Part shown: one piece after another, positions 25,508 through 36,688 of the stretch
Layout of the letters: the number at the start of each line of letters is the position of its first letter
Position numbering within the stretch: position 1 is the stretch's first letter
The notes under the pieces: model-generated
Databases searched by the model: none
Told to the model about the DNA's origin: nothing
Seen by the model: only the letters and a program-made list of their open reading frames with translations
Origin: Balanoglossus misakiensis
Lineage: Eukaryota; Animalia; Hemichordata
DNA length: 64,000 bases
Assembly: GCA_040954595.2 (NCBI GenBank)
Contig: CM082576.2
Location: forward strand, 18,647,028-18,711,027
Reading direction: 5' to 3'
Position numbers and translations under genes: made by a program

Positions 25508-27317
25508 TGCAGAAAGAATATCTAAGATAGGGAGAAAATTTGGGTTGGAAGGGACTGCTTTAAAAGATTATGTTAGAGAGGAACAAATTAGACAGAGGGA
25601 TCTTAGGGCTACTGAGAGAGAGGAGCAGAGAGAAGATAATAGGCGGCGCGAGGAACATGAGAGAGAGATACTGAAAATGCAAATTCACTTACAAGAATTA
25701 AAATTGAAAGGGGAAAATACAGAACAGCAGGTTACTGAAAATAATTTGGCCAAAGCGCGTGCTCCGAGACTACAGGGTTTACGTGAGGATGTTGATGATA
25801 TGGATGCGTACCTTCAACGTTTTCAGCGCTACGCCACTGCTCAGAAGTGGGAAAAAGATGACTGGGGGTGAATCTCAGTGCATATTGTTACAAGGTAAGG
25901 ATGTATCCACATACAACCAAATGCCTGCAGCGTCTGCAAATAATTATGATGAATTGAAACCAGAGTTATTGAGGGCTTACCAGTTAAGTGAGGAGAGTTT
26001 TCATGACAAGTTCCGTTCGTGTATGCCACATTATGATGAAAGTGCTCAAAAGTTTATGGACCGTATTGGTGACTATTTGGGCAGATGGGTAGAACTGGCT
26101 GGTACTCCAAAGACGTACAATGGGCTTACAGATCTGTTACTTCGAGAGCAGTTTATTGGAGTATGTTCCAGAGACATGGCAATGTTCATTAGAGAGCGAC
26201 GGCCAGAGAATGTCCAAGAGATGGTATCTACTGCCTCAAAATACTTAGATGCCCGAGGGTGGTGGAAACTGCCAAGTAATGCCAAGAATAATCCAAGGAG
26301 CCAGCCGACAGCAAATACCAAGCCTGCTGAATATCCAAATCAAGTAAATAAGTTTAATAACAAAACCAATGGTTCCCATGTTTTTAAAGGTACGTGCTTC
26401 GTATGTGGTAAAGGTGGTCATATGGCCAAAGATTGTAGAAGTAAGCCAAAGATGCATAAGACGGCGGTATTGTTAACTGAAGAAGATAGAAACTATCCAC
26501 CTAAACAAGAATGTACACATTGGGGCAACCGTCAACAGCCCAGGGGACTAGACACTGGTTATGCATGTATGGTGGTAGCAATGGAAATAGATAAAACAGA
26601 TGCAACACTGAATAAGGAGTTCGTGTTACCATGTGGTCATAAGCTCCCAGTGATGAGTGCTGCTTGTAGTGCCCATGGAGTGAAGAAGATGCCAGTAATG
26701 AAGGGATTGGTCGATGGTAAGCTGGTTAGCGTTTTGCGTGATAGTGGGTGTAGTAGCGTGGTAGTTCGAAGAAGTCTGGTGTCAAGTAATCAGCTGACTG
26801 GTGAGTACAGGACGTGTGTTCTGATAGATGGGACTATTAGAAGAGTACCTGTAGCCTCTATAAAAGTTGATACCCCTTACTTTGTTGGTGATGTTACTGC
26901 ACTGTGCATGATGAACCCTGTGTATGATTTAATACTGGGCAACATTGATGGTGTATCTGACCCTTCGAATCCTGATACTACATGGCAGGAACCATTGCCG
27001 ACATGTAGACTGTGTACAACTGTTGGACAGGTACCAGGTTTAGCAAATGCTGTGGAGACCAGAGCCCAGAAGATAGCCAACCAAAAACCAATCAGAGAGC
27101 TTAAAGTACCTAAAGCTGTTGGTGAAGTGGTGATGCCAGGGAAGCTTCAACAAGCTCAAGAAGAAGACTCCACTCTTGACAAACTACGTGAGAAGGCAAT
27201 TTTGGGTGACGAGAAAGTGACTAGGAATGGAGGTAGGTTGAAGTTCATCATGAAAGATGGGATCCTGTACAGAGAGTTCAATTCGCCAATGGTCCAATTT
27301 GGTGAAAAGCTGTTACA
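25508..27317 (+). pseudogene. gag-pol: Gypsy (Gmr1 clade) gag-protease region, frameshifted and interrupted
   Basis: Coiled-coil N-terminus, DDMDAYLQRFQRYA, SCAN-like capsid segment LLLREQF...RRPENVQEM, zinc knuckle CFVCGKGGHMAKDC and protease LRDSGCS. Frameshift near 25870. Confidence 0.92.
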
Positions 27318-27363
27318 CACTGCGGGAAATACTAGAGCTATGTTGGGCAGTATTCCGCGAAGC
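27318..27363 (+). repeat. Left bipartite terminal inverted repeat
   Basis: CACTGCG, a 19-bp spacer, then TGGGCAGTATTCCGCG. Confidence 0.85.
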
Positions 27364-27401
27364 GCGAGCTCCCATGTTCACCATAGCAACGCATTGCCAA
27401 G

Positions 27402-28052
27402 ATGGCGGCGCCCGTGTTGATCGATGCCGAGAAAGTTATAAAACGCAAATTGCGAGAGGCAAAATCTGTGCTTAAACGTAAAAAATGCGTGTCGGACAAT
27501 CTGTATATACACCCACTCTTTGATGAACTTGAGGATGTGACAACAAGGGCCATATTTCGAAACGACAAGCTGTCAAAGGACAAGATTCGTTGGCGTGACG
27601 TCGCCGTATTTCCCATGTTTCAGCGTGATATGACCTACTGGCAGAAGACCTTCTACGCTCGGCTGTCAACATCCCCGTCGTTAAGGTCACCATGGCAAAG
27701 CAGCTTTACACAACAAATGCCGAGGGAAGTATTTGATGTTTTTCCTCAGTTTGCTACTCGGACCGGTTTTGGTATCGACGAGAAGACCTCCAGGGCTATC
27801 ATAACCTTGACCTTCACAAGTTCCTCGAAGCTATTGTATGTGATACGGAAAGGTTATTGCTACGAGGGCGCTATCGGTCAGCATACAGAGAATATCCTAG
27901 AGAAGAAAGTCCGTGGAAAGAGGGTAGCTGTTATATGCACACCTGAGAAGCCCTGTGTTGTGAAATATTTTATCAACAGGGAGACTGTTGCTGTTAGATT
28001 CAGCTTTGGTGCCTGGAACAAACATGGAATTCCATTACATCCAGAGAACTGA
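27402..28052 (+). CDS. Intact 216-aa basic protein of unknown function carried by the transposon
   Basis: ATG in strong context (CAAGATGGCGGCG) 84 bp inside the left end. Single uninterrupted ORF, higher GC than the flanks, AATAAA at ~28181. Confidence 0.75.
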   Translation: MAAPVLIDAEKVIKRKLREAKSVLKRKKCVSDNLYIHPLFDELEDVTTRAIFRNDKLSKDKIRWRDVAVFPMFQRDMTYWQKTFYARLSTSPSLRSPWQSSFTQQMPREVFDVFPQFATRTGFGIDEKTSRAIITLTFTSSSKLLYVIRKGYCYEGAIGQHTENILEKKVRGKRVAVICTPEKPCVVKYFINRETVAVRFSFGAWNKHGIPLHPEN

Positions 28053-28904
28053 ACCCTATTGATTTTTCACACTGATTCAACCCATCTGACGAACATTTTT
28101 TTCCTGATCTGTGGCACATGTTGTTCAGTGTAGATGTATCAGTCTGTCAAGACAGTCCTCTCACAATTGACATATATTCAAATAAAAAAAGGAAAATTAG
28201 AAGACTCAAAAATTCATCACTTGTCTTTATTTATCTACATTCAATACAAATGAACAGATAACGTTTACAAAATTTCCTAAACTGTAAAATTCTTTTTTTC
28301 CATCATTATTGTAACATAGATTTTTCATTAGTTTCAGAAAAAAATGTATGTTACCTACAATCAACATTGATAAGTCAATCAAAACTGCTCATCTAACAGT
28401 TAACCAGGATTTCTGGTCTAAATTTAATTAATATTTACAATTAATTCCATGACAAAATTTATAAATATCAAGAATTTGATGAGACTTAATTCTTTATTTT
28501 TTCACAAATTCATTAAAATTTCGTGCAGGTGCAGAATAAACAACTCCTCAAGAAAAATGTAAAACTTTTCTATCAAGCTTATGTATGTCATACATTTTAA
28601 TTTTGCAAAGCACTGCAATCACTATACGATTAAGGGTTTATTCACAATACTTAATAGTGGTAAGATAAGTTTCAATTTCCCTGTCCCCATACATGCACAC
28701 ATATACAAAATCCCATAAGAAACATATCATCTCCAGTTCAAAAAGTGTGAATTCATGTGATTTGTGATCTCCATTTTTATTAAATGCAGCTCTCAACTAC
28801 AGATGAGTCTTTATAATTCTGTAATGTAATTAATACCATAGTTATCCTTTAATTCTAAAGTAGCACACAGTGACACAATCCACTGTTTCAAATTCAATCA
28901 TTGT

Positions 28905-31137
28905 TCACAGCATAAGTTTCTTGAGTTTATTTGATATTTTACCAGTGACAGCTGCTTTTTTTATGTCATCCATAATTGGGTCAACACATATTTCACAGGC
29001 AGTCATTGTTTCATTTTTCAAATTGCCACACATACAGTAGCCTGCATTCTCATAATATCGACTGGGAATGTATTTTTCTTTTTCTTTAAGCTCAAATTGA
29101 CCTACATTTGCCCTTCTATAGTTGTCAGCTTTTGGACTTTTGTTCCTCAGCCAAAAAAGCATCACATATTCGTGTCGAAATATGAGGGCCCACCTATTTT
29201 GAGGTGTAGAATTTTCACTGAATTCTAGCAGGCGTAGATGCTTTGCCTCTCTGCCTTCCATTGTGTTTAGGCCTAATCCCAGACTGAATTGCTTATAGAT
29301 ACTAGTGGTGTGTTTTGGGACTACATAACCAATGTGCCACACAGTATTATTGACATTCAGAAACAGGGAATGTAGATTAAAGTACCACCGACACTTATGC
29401 CTAAGTACAAGCAAATCTCCCTCATTTATGTTGAATCGTGAGAATAACAAAGTGATATCTCTAAGCAAGATACCAGTATATGTGTAGAGAGCTAATTGAG
29501 CCCGACGCTTTGGACTGTCTGTATCGCTTCTCAATGCTAATACCAATCCCATGAAATGCCAAGCAAGTTTGCGAGACTCCTCACCAGTGAAGCGATAAAC
29601 CACATTAATGTTGGCATTTGACTTGACACTATTTTCATTGAAGTATTTTACAATCTTATTATACAACTTTCCAGCTTTTACTTGATATTTTAGGGCAGAC
29701 AGGAATTTGTACAGATATGACTCGTTAGGTAGATTCTCAATTTTAACTCCATTTTCACGACCCTTTTCCGAAGTGTGGGCAACTGCGTCAATCAGTAATC
29801 GTTGGAAGTAGTATTGCCATGCATTGTTCTTTAAATGCAATGGCTCAGCCTTGGCACAATCAATAAATCTACCCAACGGTGGTACAAATTCCTGTCTTGA
29901 CCTCAGACTGGCTATAAATTGTGTGATTTTGGGTCGCACTGTTTTGGGCTTTCCAGTTTTAATTTTCTTAGTTGACTTCAACTTTTCAACAGCTTCTGCA
30001 TCTTTTCTGATATTTCCATTCATCCCACTTCTGACCTGGGCCAATTTCTGCTCCAATACAATCAATATCATTTTTGGAAACGTTAGCAAATGAGCTGAAA
30101 TACTTTGCTGCATTGCTTAGTTCTCCAGACACACTGGCCAATCCCTTCTGATCAAAGGGTAAAAGTGACACCTGAAAAGTTACATCAAGACTGCCAACTT
30201 TATATTTACGTTTCTCAATACACTCAAGGTCTTTTGACAATGCAATTGCAAATTCAATCATTATGGGGTCATCCTCTTTTATGTTTGCCCCTAATAGGAG
30301 AAAATTGTGGTCTGGGCTAGCAACACGGTGGGTCACATTCAAGAAACTAACTAGCCATGCAGTGGCCTGTCCATGTTTGCCAAACGGAGCCCCGTCAGCA
30401 CCTATACTGATTTGAAATGAGCCCTCCTGTTTACCGAACCAGTTAAGAATATCAGGCTGTGTTTCCCCCATATTTAAATATAAACTGGCAATCTTAATAA
30501 GCAACTCCTCAGGGTTTCTTTTTAAGCCGACTTGTTTGCCTTCAGATGATATAATTGGCTCAAGATTTCCAATGTCAAGGTTACTTACATACTGTACAAC
30601 TTTTGTGTATGGGAGCAGTCTTGGTATTCTACAGCCAGAATGAATTTCTAATGCTTTCCTAGGATGTTTCAAGTTGGAGAACATCTGAAGTTCACTCTGC
30701 CTCAGACAGTTATATTTTCGTTTGGATAGTACTCCGCCCTCATACATAGTTCTGACACTCCTCACCAAATTGTTCTCACTTTTCTCAAATTTACTGATGT
30801 ATTTATCAAATACTGATGGCATTACTTTTTTACTGATTTGGGGAGAGGTTCTGAAGTATGTTTTCATTTGGTCAGGAGTGGCAGAATTAACAAGAGTATA
30901 CCACAAACCATCAAGTGCTGCTTTTGGTGGATGTAGTACATTCGGTTTATTTATACCTTTGGCTGGGCTTACATCTGTAGTTGCTACATGAATATTTATG
31001 GCTGCTGATAAGGTTTCACACCTACGTTCATACTGTTGACGTCGCGACAGCTTCAAAGATTCACTATTATCTGCACATACTTCAGTGTTCTTGTGGACCC
31101 ATTTAGAGCGTTTCACATTAACATCATCAACAGGAAT
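28905..31137 (-). pseudogene. RAG1/Transib-like DDE transposase, main exon (one frameshift near 30005)
   Basis: Motifs are colinear with the RAG1 core: IGADGAPFGK (first D, ~30395), PFDQKGL (second D, ~30152; cf. YDEKL), EPLHLKNN (cf. DALHCDIGN), FTGEESRKL (cf. MNGNFARKL), LGLNTMEGREAKH (E, ~29248; cf. IGAWASEGNESGN). C-terminal CxC...CxxC. Confidence 0.85.
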
Positions 31138-31490
31138 CTGAAAGATTAAGTGTGTGATAAATATATACTAATTAGAATATAATCATTATATATAAAATAA
31201 AATCTTCTTACAAGTTAATCATTAATTTAAATGTCCTTGATAAGAAATACACACGTGTAGCCTGTATTTTTCTGACAACTTCTGCAATAAAAATCCTAAA
31301 AAATATATATAGTTTGTTGGAAAACCTAGATGTTTTGCATCAAAGCTGAACCCATTTTGTTATCATTGTTTACACAGGATCATGTGACATGAAGTTCAAA
31401 AAGCGAATTTGGGCTAAAATTTGAAGAGGATTTATACAAATCTGAGATTTTTAAAATTATGACTAAGTCTATTTATCTGATCTAGCTTAC
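31138..31490 (-). other. Phase-0 GT-AG intron in the transposase gene (353 bp)
   Basis: On the minus strand, donor AAG|GTAAGC and acceptor TCTTTCAG|ATT. Splicing joins ...NNKRK to IPVDDVNVKRSKW in frame. Confidence 0.8.
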
Positions 31491-31934
31491 CTTTCTCTTA
31501 TTATTCTTTGTAGCTAAGATCTCACAAATCTTACTGTTCTTCTTCTCTAGTCTAGCTAGCTGGGTTGAGGATCTTTTTACTAGTCTCCTAGCTGCACTCA
31601 ACTTATTCAACTTATCCTGAATTATGCTTTCTTCCTCATCTATCTTTCTCTTTCTCTGTCTACACCACTCTCCTAAGTTAAACCTGTGTTTAGTCTGTCC
31701 TCTCTTTGTTCTAACTACCAATAGGTTGTTGGCCACGCTCCCAGACAAAGATCTAGTCTTCAATTTCTCCTGATATAGTTGTTGCAAACACTTCTCTTCA
31801 GCTACCTGTCCCGCTATCTTTTGGTCATTTGCCCACTGGCCTATGTTGAAGTAACTTTTCCCTTTTCTATTCGGCATAACAATAGACAAACTTTTAAGAA
31901 GTGCGCTACTCCTGTTGAATAGTTTGCCCCACAT
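31491..31934 (-). CDS. N-terminal coding exon of the transposase (start at 31934 or 31877)
   Basis: Basic, coiled-coil-like ORF ending at the splice donor. An upstream acceptor (TTTTCAG, ~31951) and donors (~32086, ~32654) suggest 5'-UTR exons. Confidence 0.7.
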
Positions 31935-32737
31935 GGCTCTAAATCTATACCTGAAAAGGGTGAACAAGAGAAATATCTTTACAATAATTATCTATCCGAG
32001 GGAAGCAAAAACAAAACACCTGCTCATTATACTTCCTCCAGAAATTGAGGTCAAAGGTGACATAGAAAGAATGTGGGTAACCTTACCATAACAATCTCGC
32101 CCGTTCATTTTTTTCTTATTTCGTTTTCACCCTCGAATTTCCAGCGAATTATATCAAGAATATATTTTAGCACAAACTATTGGTTTCTGATTTTTCAGTT
32201 ACGGTCTTATTTTCTGTCAATTCTATGAACAATATCACCATGTCGCTGAAAATTCGAAGCGCCGCCATTACAATCAATGTAACCCGTGCTGCTGCCAAGG
32301 AACAGACAGGGTCGTATATTTTCGCTTGGTATGATTTCGTCATATTGCTTGTAGCAGCATTTTAAACATGGAATCCTATGTTTACGTATAAAAGACTAAA
32401 TTCGTATGGTTTTCAAATTGAAAAAAACAATTCTGTGAAGCTGAATCGTTGTAATTTTTAGTGTTTGTTTATGGTTGCTTAGGACGGCTTCTGCTATAGC
32501 AACGGCCAGGGACTGTCAGCGGGTGATCAAAATGTTCAAGTTATTTGGCTGATACACATAAATAACACAGCAGAATCGCAACTTTATTTCATATTGTCTC
32601 TGACATCTTGCTAATTTTACTAAACAAAACTTGGAATAAAGCAATATTACTCACCGAATTATGCTGTGCATCGACAGCTGTGTTCGATCGCGAACGCCAT
32701 TACTGTGTCTAATTAAATATTCATGAGCTTCATAGGC

Positions 32738-32783
32738 TGCCACGGAAATACTGCCCATAGGTGGCGTCGTTCAAGCTGTAGTG
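32738..32783 (-). repeat. Right bipartite terminal inverted repeat
   Basis: The reverse complement reads CACTACA, a 19-bp spacer, then TGGGCAGTATTTCCGTG. Confidence 0.85.
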
Positions 32784-32784
32784 A

Positions 32785-34796
32785 CAGGTGGTGGTTCCCA
32801 GAGTGTATCGTAACCAGGTGATGAGACTAGCCCATGAATCAGTGCTGGGTGGTCACCACGGAACTCACAAGACCACAGACAAGATCCTCAGCAACTTCGT
32901 TTGGCCTGGGCTAACATCAGATGTTTCCCGTTACTGTCAGTCCTGTGATTCATGTCAACGGACACAACCAAAGGGACGGGTGACCAAGGTACCACTTGGA
33001 AGTATGCCACTAATAGATATCCCTTTCCTACGTATTGCAGTAGACCTGGTTGGCCCTATTCATCCATGCACTGAACGCAAGAATAGGTACATACTTACTG
33101 TTGTTGATTATGCAACACGCTATCCGGAGGCTGTTGCATTGACTAACATTGATACCAAGACTGTTGCAGAGGCGCTCCTGGACATCTACTCAAGAGTGGG
33201 GTGTCCACGTGAAATTCTGACAGATCAAGGAACTCAATTTACATCAGATGTGATGCGTGAGGTCAGCCGGCTTTTGTCTATAAAGCAGAAGACTACCACC
33301 CCATACCACCCAGCATTCAATGGTCTAGTGGAACGGTTCAATGGTACATTGAAACTCATGCTCAGGAAGATGTGTGAGGAACGTCCAACATATTGGGATC
33401 GTTATCTGAATGCTTTACTATTTGCCTACAGAGAAACGCCTCAATCGAGCACAGGATTCTCTCCGTTTGAGTTACTTTATGGGAGGAGTGTGCGTGGTCC
33501 AATGGCTATCTTGAAAGAACTATGGACTGGAGAGATCAGTGAACCAGAAACCAAAACGACTTATCAATACATCCTTGATCTTCAAAAGAAATTAAAGAAG
33601 GCATGCGATTTAGCAAGACAAGAACTGAAGATATCACAAGGCAAATACAAGTCCTACTACAATAGAAAGGCCAAATGGAGGAAGTTCAACAAAGGTGACG
33701 AGGTGTTATTGCTACTACCTACTGACCATAATAAACTACTTATGCACTGGAAGGGTCCTTTTCCAGTGGTGGAGAAAGCGAGCAATATGGATTACAAGAT
33801 TGACTTTGGTCATAGGGTGAAAACATTCCATGCCAACCTGTTGAAGAGGTACTATCGAAGAACTGATCAGCTAGATGAAGTATCAGCTGGACTTCTTGAG
33901 ATTGTGTGTGTATCTGTGATAGATGAGCAGAGTTATGAATCTTCAGAAGTACAAGAGAACACAGGGGTTAAAGTAAACGATGACTTACTGCGGGTTCCTG
34001 CATTCAAGCAGAAAGAATTTGCTGCAGATGTGAATGTATGTGACAACTTGTCAGACATACAGGAGCAAGTGGTGAGGAGGTTGCTGATCAATTACAAAGA
34101 TATGTTAACTGATATTCGTGGTAACACCAACCTGGGTTTCCATGACATCAAGTTGATGGATCCAACACCAGTATGCAGTAGGCCATACCCCATCCCTCAT
34201 GCACTCCGTGAAGCAGTGAAAGATGAAGTCAAAACGATGATTAAGATGGGAGTAGCTGAACCTTCAGAGAGTCCATATGCTGTTCCACTGGTAATGGTGA
34301 AGAAATCTGATGGGTCCAATCGTTGTTGTGTTGACATGAGAAAGCTCAATCGCATAACAGTGTTTGATGCAGAGCCTACACCAGACCTGAGTGAGCTTTT
34401 TGCTTTTTGCTAAGTTATCCAAGGATCACTATTTCACTAAAGTAGATCTCAGCAAAGAATATTGGCAAGTCCCGTTGACTGATAATTCTAAACAATTGAC
34501 GGCATTTATCACGCATGATGGGCTATACCAATTTATCAAAATGCCTTTCGGACTTGTAAATAGTGCTGCGACTTTTAGCAGAATTATGAGAAGATTGTTA
34601 AGAGATATGAAGAACGTAGACAACTATATCGATCACATACTGATCCACACTGCATCATGGGAAGAACATATCAAGACAATTACAGATTTGATGAGCAGAC
34701 TACGAAAGGCAAAGTTAACAGCGAGACCAACTAAGTGTTATGTGGGTTATGAGCAGATCGATTTCCTGGGTCATGTGGTTGGTCATGGTGAACTAG
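32785..34796 (+). pseudogene. pol: Gypsy (Gmr1 clade) integrase followed by reverse transcriptase, 3'-truncated
   Basis: HHCC (HESVLGGHHG...CQSCDSC), DDE (VDLVGP, LTDQGTQF, NGLVERFN) and WKGPF. RT motifs follow (SPYAVP, VDMRKLN, MPFGLVNS, YIDHIL with D>H). Frameshift at ~34400; homology ends after FLGHVVGHG; no RNase H or 3' LTR is seen. Confidence 0.95.
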
Positions 34797-34849
34797 TCCT
34801 GTTTCAAAATGACCTACATTACAGGTCGTATGCACACGTATTACATGTT

Positions 34850-35160
34850 CTGATTGGTTTATCCACTTCTCTAAGGTCCACTTGCGGCTCGCTGATTGGA
34901 GGGACCTTATGTGTTAGGTCTTATTACTATGTATTATTCACCAGACCTTGTAGGTTAGGTCTTATTACAATGCATTATTCACTTTACAGCTCCCTGATTG
35001 GTTAATGTGTAGGTCTGGTCCTCCAGTGTTCACTGCCTCATTATGCAGGACCTTGTAGGTTAGGTCTTATTAATATGTATTTATTCACCATACAGCTCCC
35101 TGATTGGTTAACGTGTCAGTCTGGTCCCCCCCAGTGTTCACTGCCTCATTGTGAAATGTC
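34850..35160. repeat. Short degenerate ~105-bp tandem repeat
   Basis: GACCTTGTAGGTTAGGTCTTATTA and CAGCTCCCTGATTGGTTAA recur at ~105-bp spacing. Confidence 0.7.
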
Positions 35161-36688
35161 CCATGTGCTTCCTGGCTAGCATTGTGGTAACATATTATTC
35201 GGGGTGTCCGCAGATCGTTCATTGATTTTCTGAGAAATAGCCTAACTGATACTATCTCCAACATAAACCGCACCCTGGAAAGATTAAATGATCTTTTAGG
35301 TGGACTTTGAAAATCTGATTAACTCATCTAAGCATTTTAGCTAAGTTGTATATTTTTTAATTATAATCATACAAAATACTTAAAAAATAAAAACAATGTT
35401 CAGTTTTAATACCCACTGATGAGGGGAAACATCAGTTTCAAATTCTTTTCATGGGAGCGCTTGAGCAGAGTTATGAGTTTTGCTCTGTGAAAGAAAATGG
35501 GGGGATTTCAAAATTTTGGCAGTTCGGAAGGGGGATTTCAAAATATTTCGGGTTGTGAAAGGGGGGGGGGCATGTGAAAATTAGCGGTAAAAGATGAATC
35601 CCCCCCCCCCTCCAGAGGTGTTTGTGAATGCAGCCTAAGAAAGAAAAAATGTGAAATGGGTCAAATATGGGCCGGACGTGCCCATTCAACTCAATTTACT
35701 TTTGTTTGCTTTAAGTAGGAATTGATCACAGCTATATTTATTTTGGACACCTGAGCGACAAGAAAACAATCTGATTCTACATTTTAAAAAGCGTCATTGG
35801 AAAAGCACTGCAATTTTGTTTCTTGCTTTAAAAAAGTTTGGGGTGGCATGTAATAATTAAGGTGTGTCTAAATTACTAATTTGGTGCACCTCAAAGCCCT
35901 TAGCCAATGTAAATTATATCCTGCATTGTATTCATGAAGGATATCCTCCCGCGAGGTCAATGCCATTCAATGTCAAACAGTCTCAACAAAGACCATTGGA
36001 CACTCATAGCCGTTTTGTATGAAAGTGACTGGAGTACGAGATGAGTTTCATGACAACAACAAATCATGCTCAGTCTCGCTGCAGGGTCTATAATTTCAAT
36101 AACGGCTAGACGCTGGACACTATCTTAGGTAACACTTTAGGGTCATAGTGCTGGAACGACATGTTTAAACAGGTCGTTCCGGCACTCTGACCCTTTCGGC
36201 CCCAGTCGTTTCAGCCCCCATTTTCCACGACCCAAGTCGTTACAGCCCGGACAGTAACACCCCAAACATTTCAACACTTATCAGGGAAGACCTTAGCCCA
36301 ACTATTAAAACTTGGCTTGAACCTACTTAAGTTCTCCGCATGAAATATGAGCGAGCGTTGTCAGAGGACGACAGCTACGCACACTTTGGGCGTGACCGAA
36401 TCAAACAGAATTGAATATTCTATATTCGGAAAAAACACCTTATCTCCGTTTTGCCGTTGACAAACCGATTTCTGTCATGACAGTTACTCCCGGGGACTGT
36501 GACAGACCATATACAGACAGTAGAGGCCGCGCGCTGGGGGTCTACACAAGTCACTACAGCTGATGTAAGCAAGTACAACATGCTTTGCTTGCAGGAATGT
36601 TCCATTTTCAATAGAGGGGTGTGTATATTCAGAGGGAATGTCAGTCAGGGCCCTGGCTGGCAACATGCGGCGTATATATTGACAATCT

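Larger units (their letters stand above)
27318..32783 (-). mobile_element. RAG1/Transib-related (CMC-type) DNA transposon with two convergent genes, 3-bp TSD ACA
   Basis: ctgttACA[CACTGCGG...CTGTAGTG]ACAggtg. Removing the insert and one ACA restores the pol frame (GEKLL-Q-VVVPRVY). Both ends carry TGGGCAGTATT(T)CCGYG starting at position 27 from the terminus. Confidence 0.92.

Noticed and set aside
27311-27320. Alternative left boundary CACACTG at 27316 with a Transib/RAG-type 5-bp TSD
   Set aside because: The flanks TGTTA and ACAGG do not match. The ACA 3-bp duplication fits both ends and restores the pol frame.
27318-27420. C-terminus of the 553-aa ORF (HTAGNTRAMLG...)
   Set aside because: It is read-through from gag-pol into the inserted transposon end; the true continuation is at 32785.
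27402-28052. Calling the convergent ORF RAG2
   Set aside because: Too short, with no kelch (GG..Y/W) repeats or PHD finger visible. Only its position is RAG2-like.
29824-30991. Plus-strand ORFs overlapping the transposase
   Set aside because: They are antisense shadows without recognisable motifs.
34797-35005. RNase H continuation of the 204-aa RT ORF, or a 3' LTR
   Set aside because: After GHVVGHGEL the frame enters an unrelated short tandem repeat, and no second LTR copy is seen in the window.
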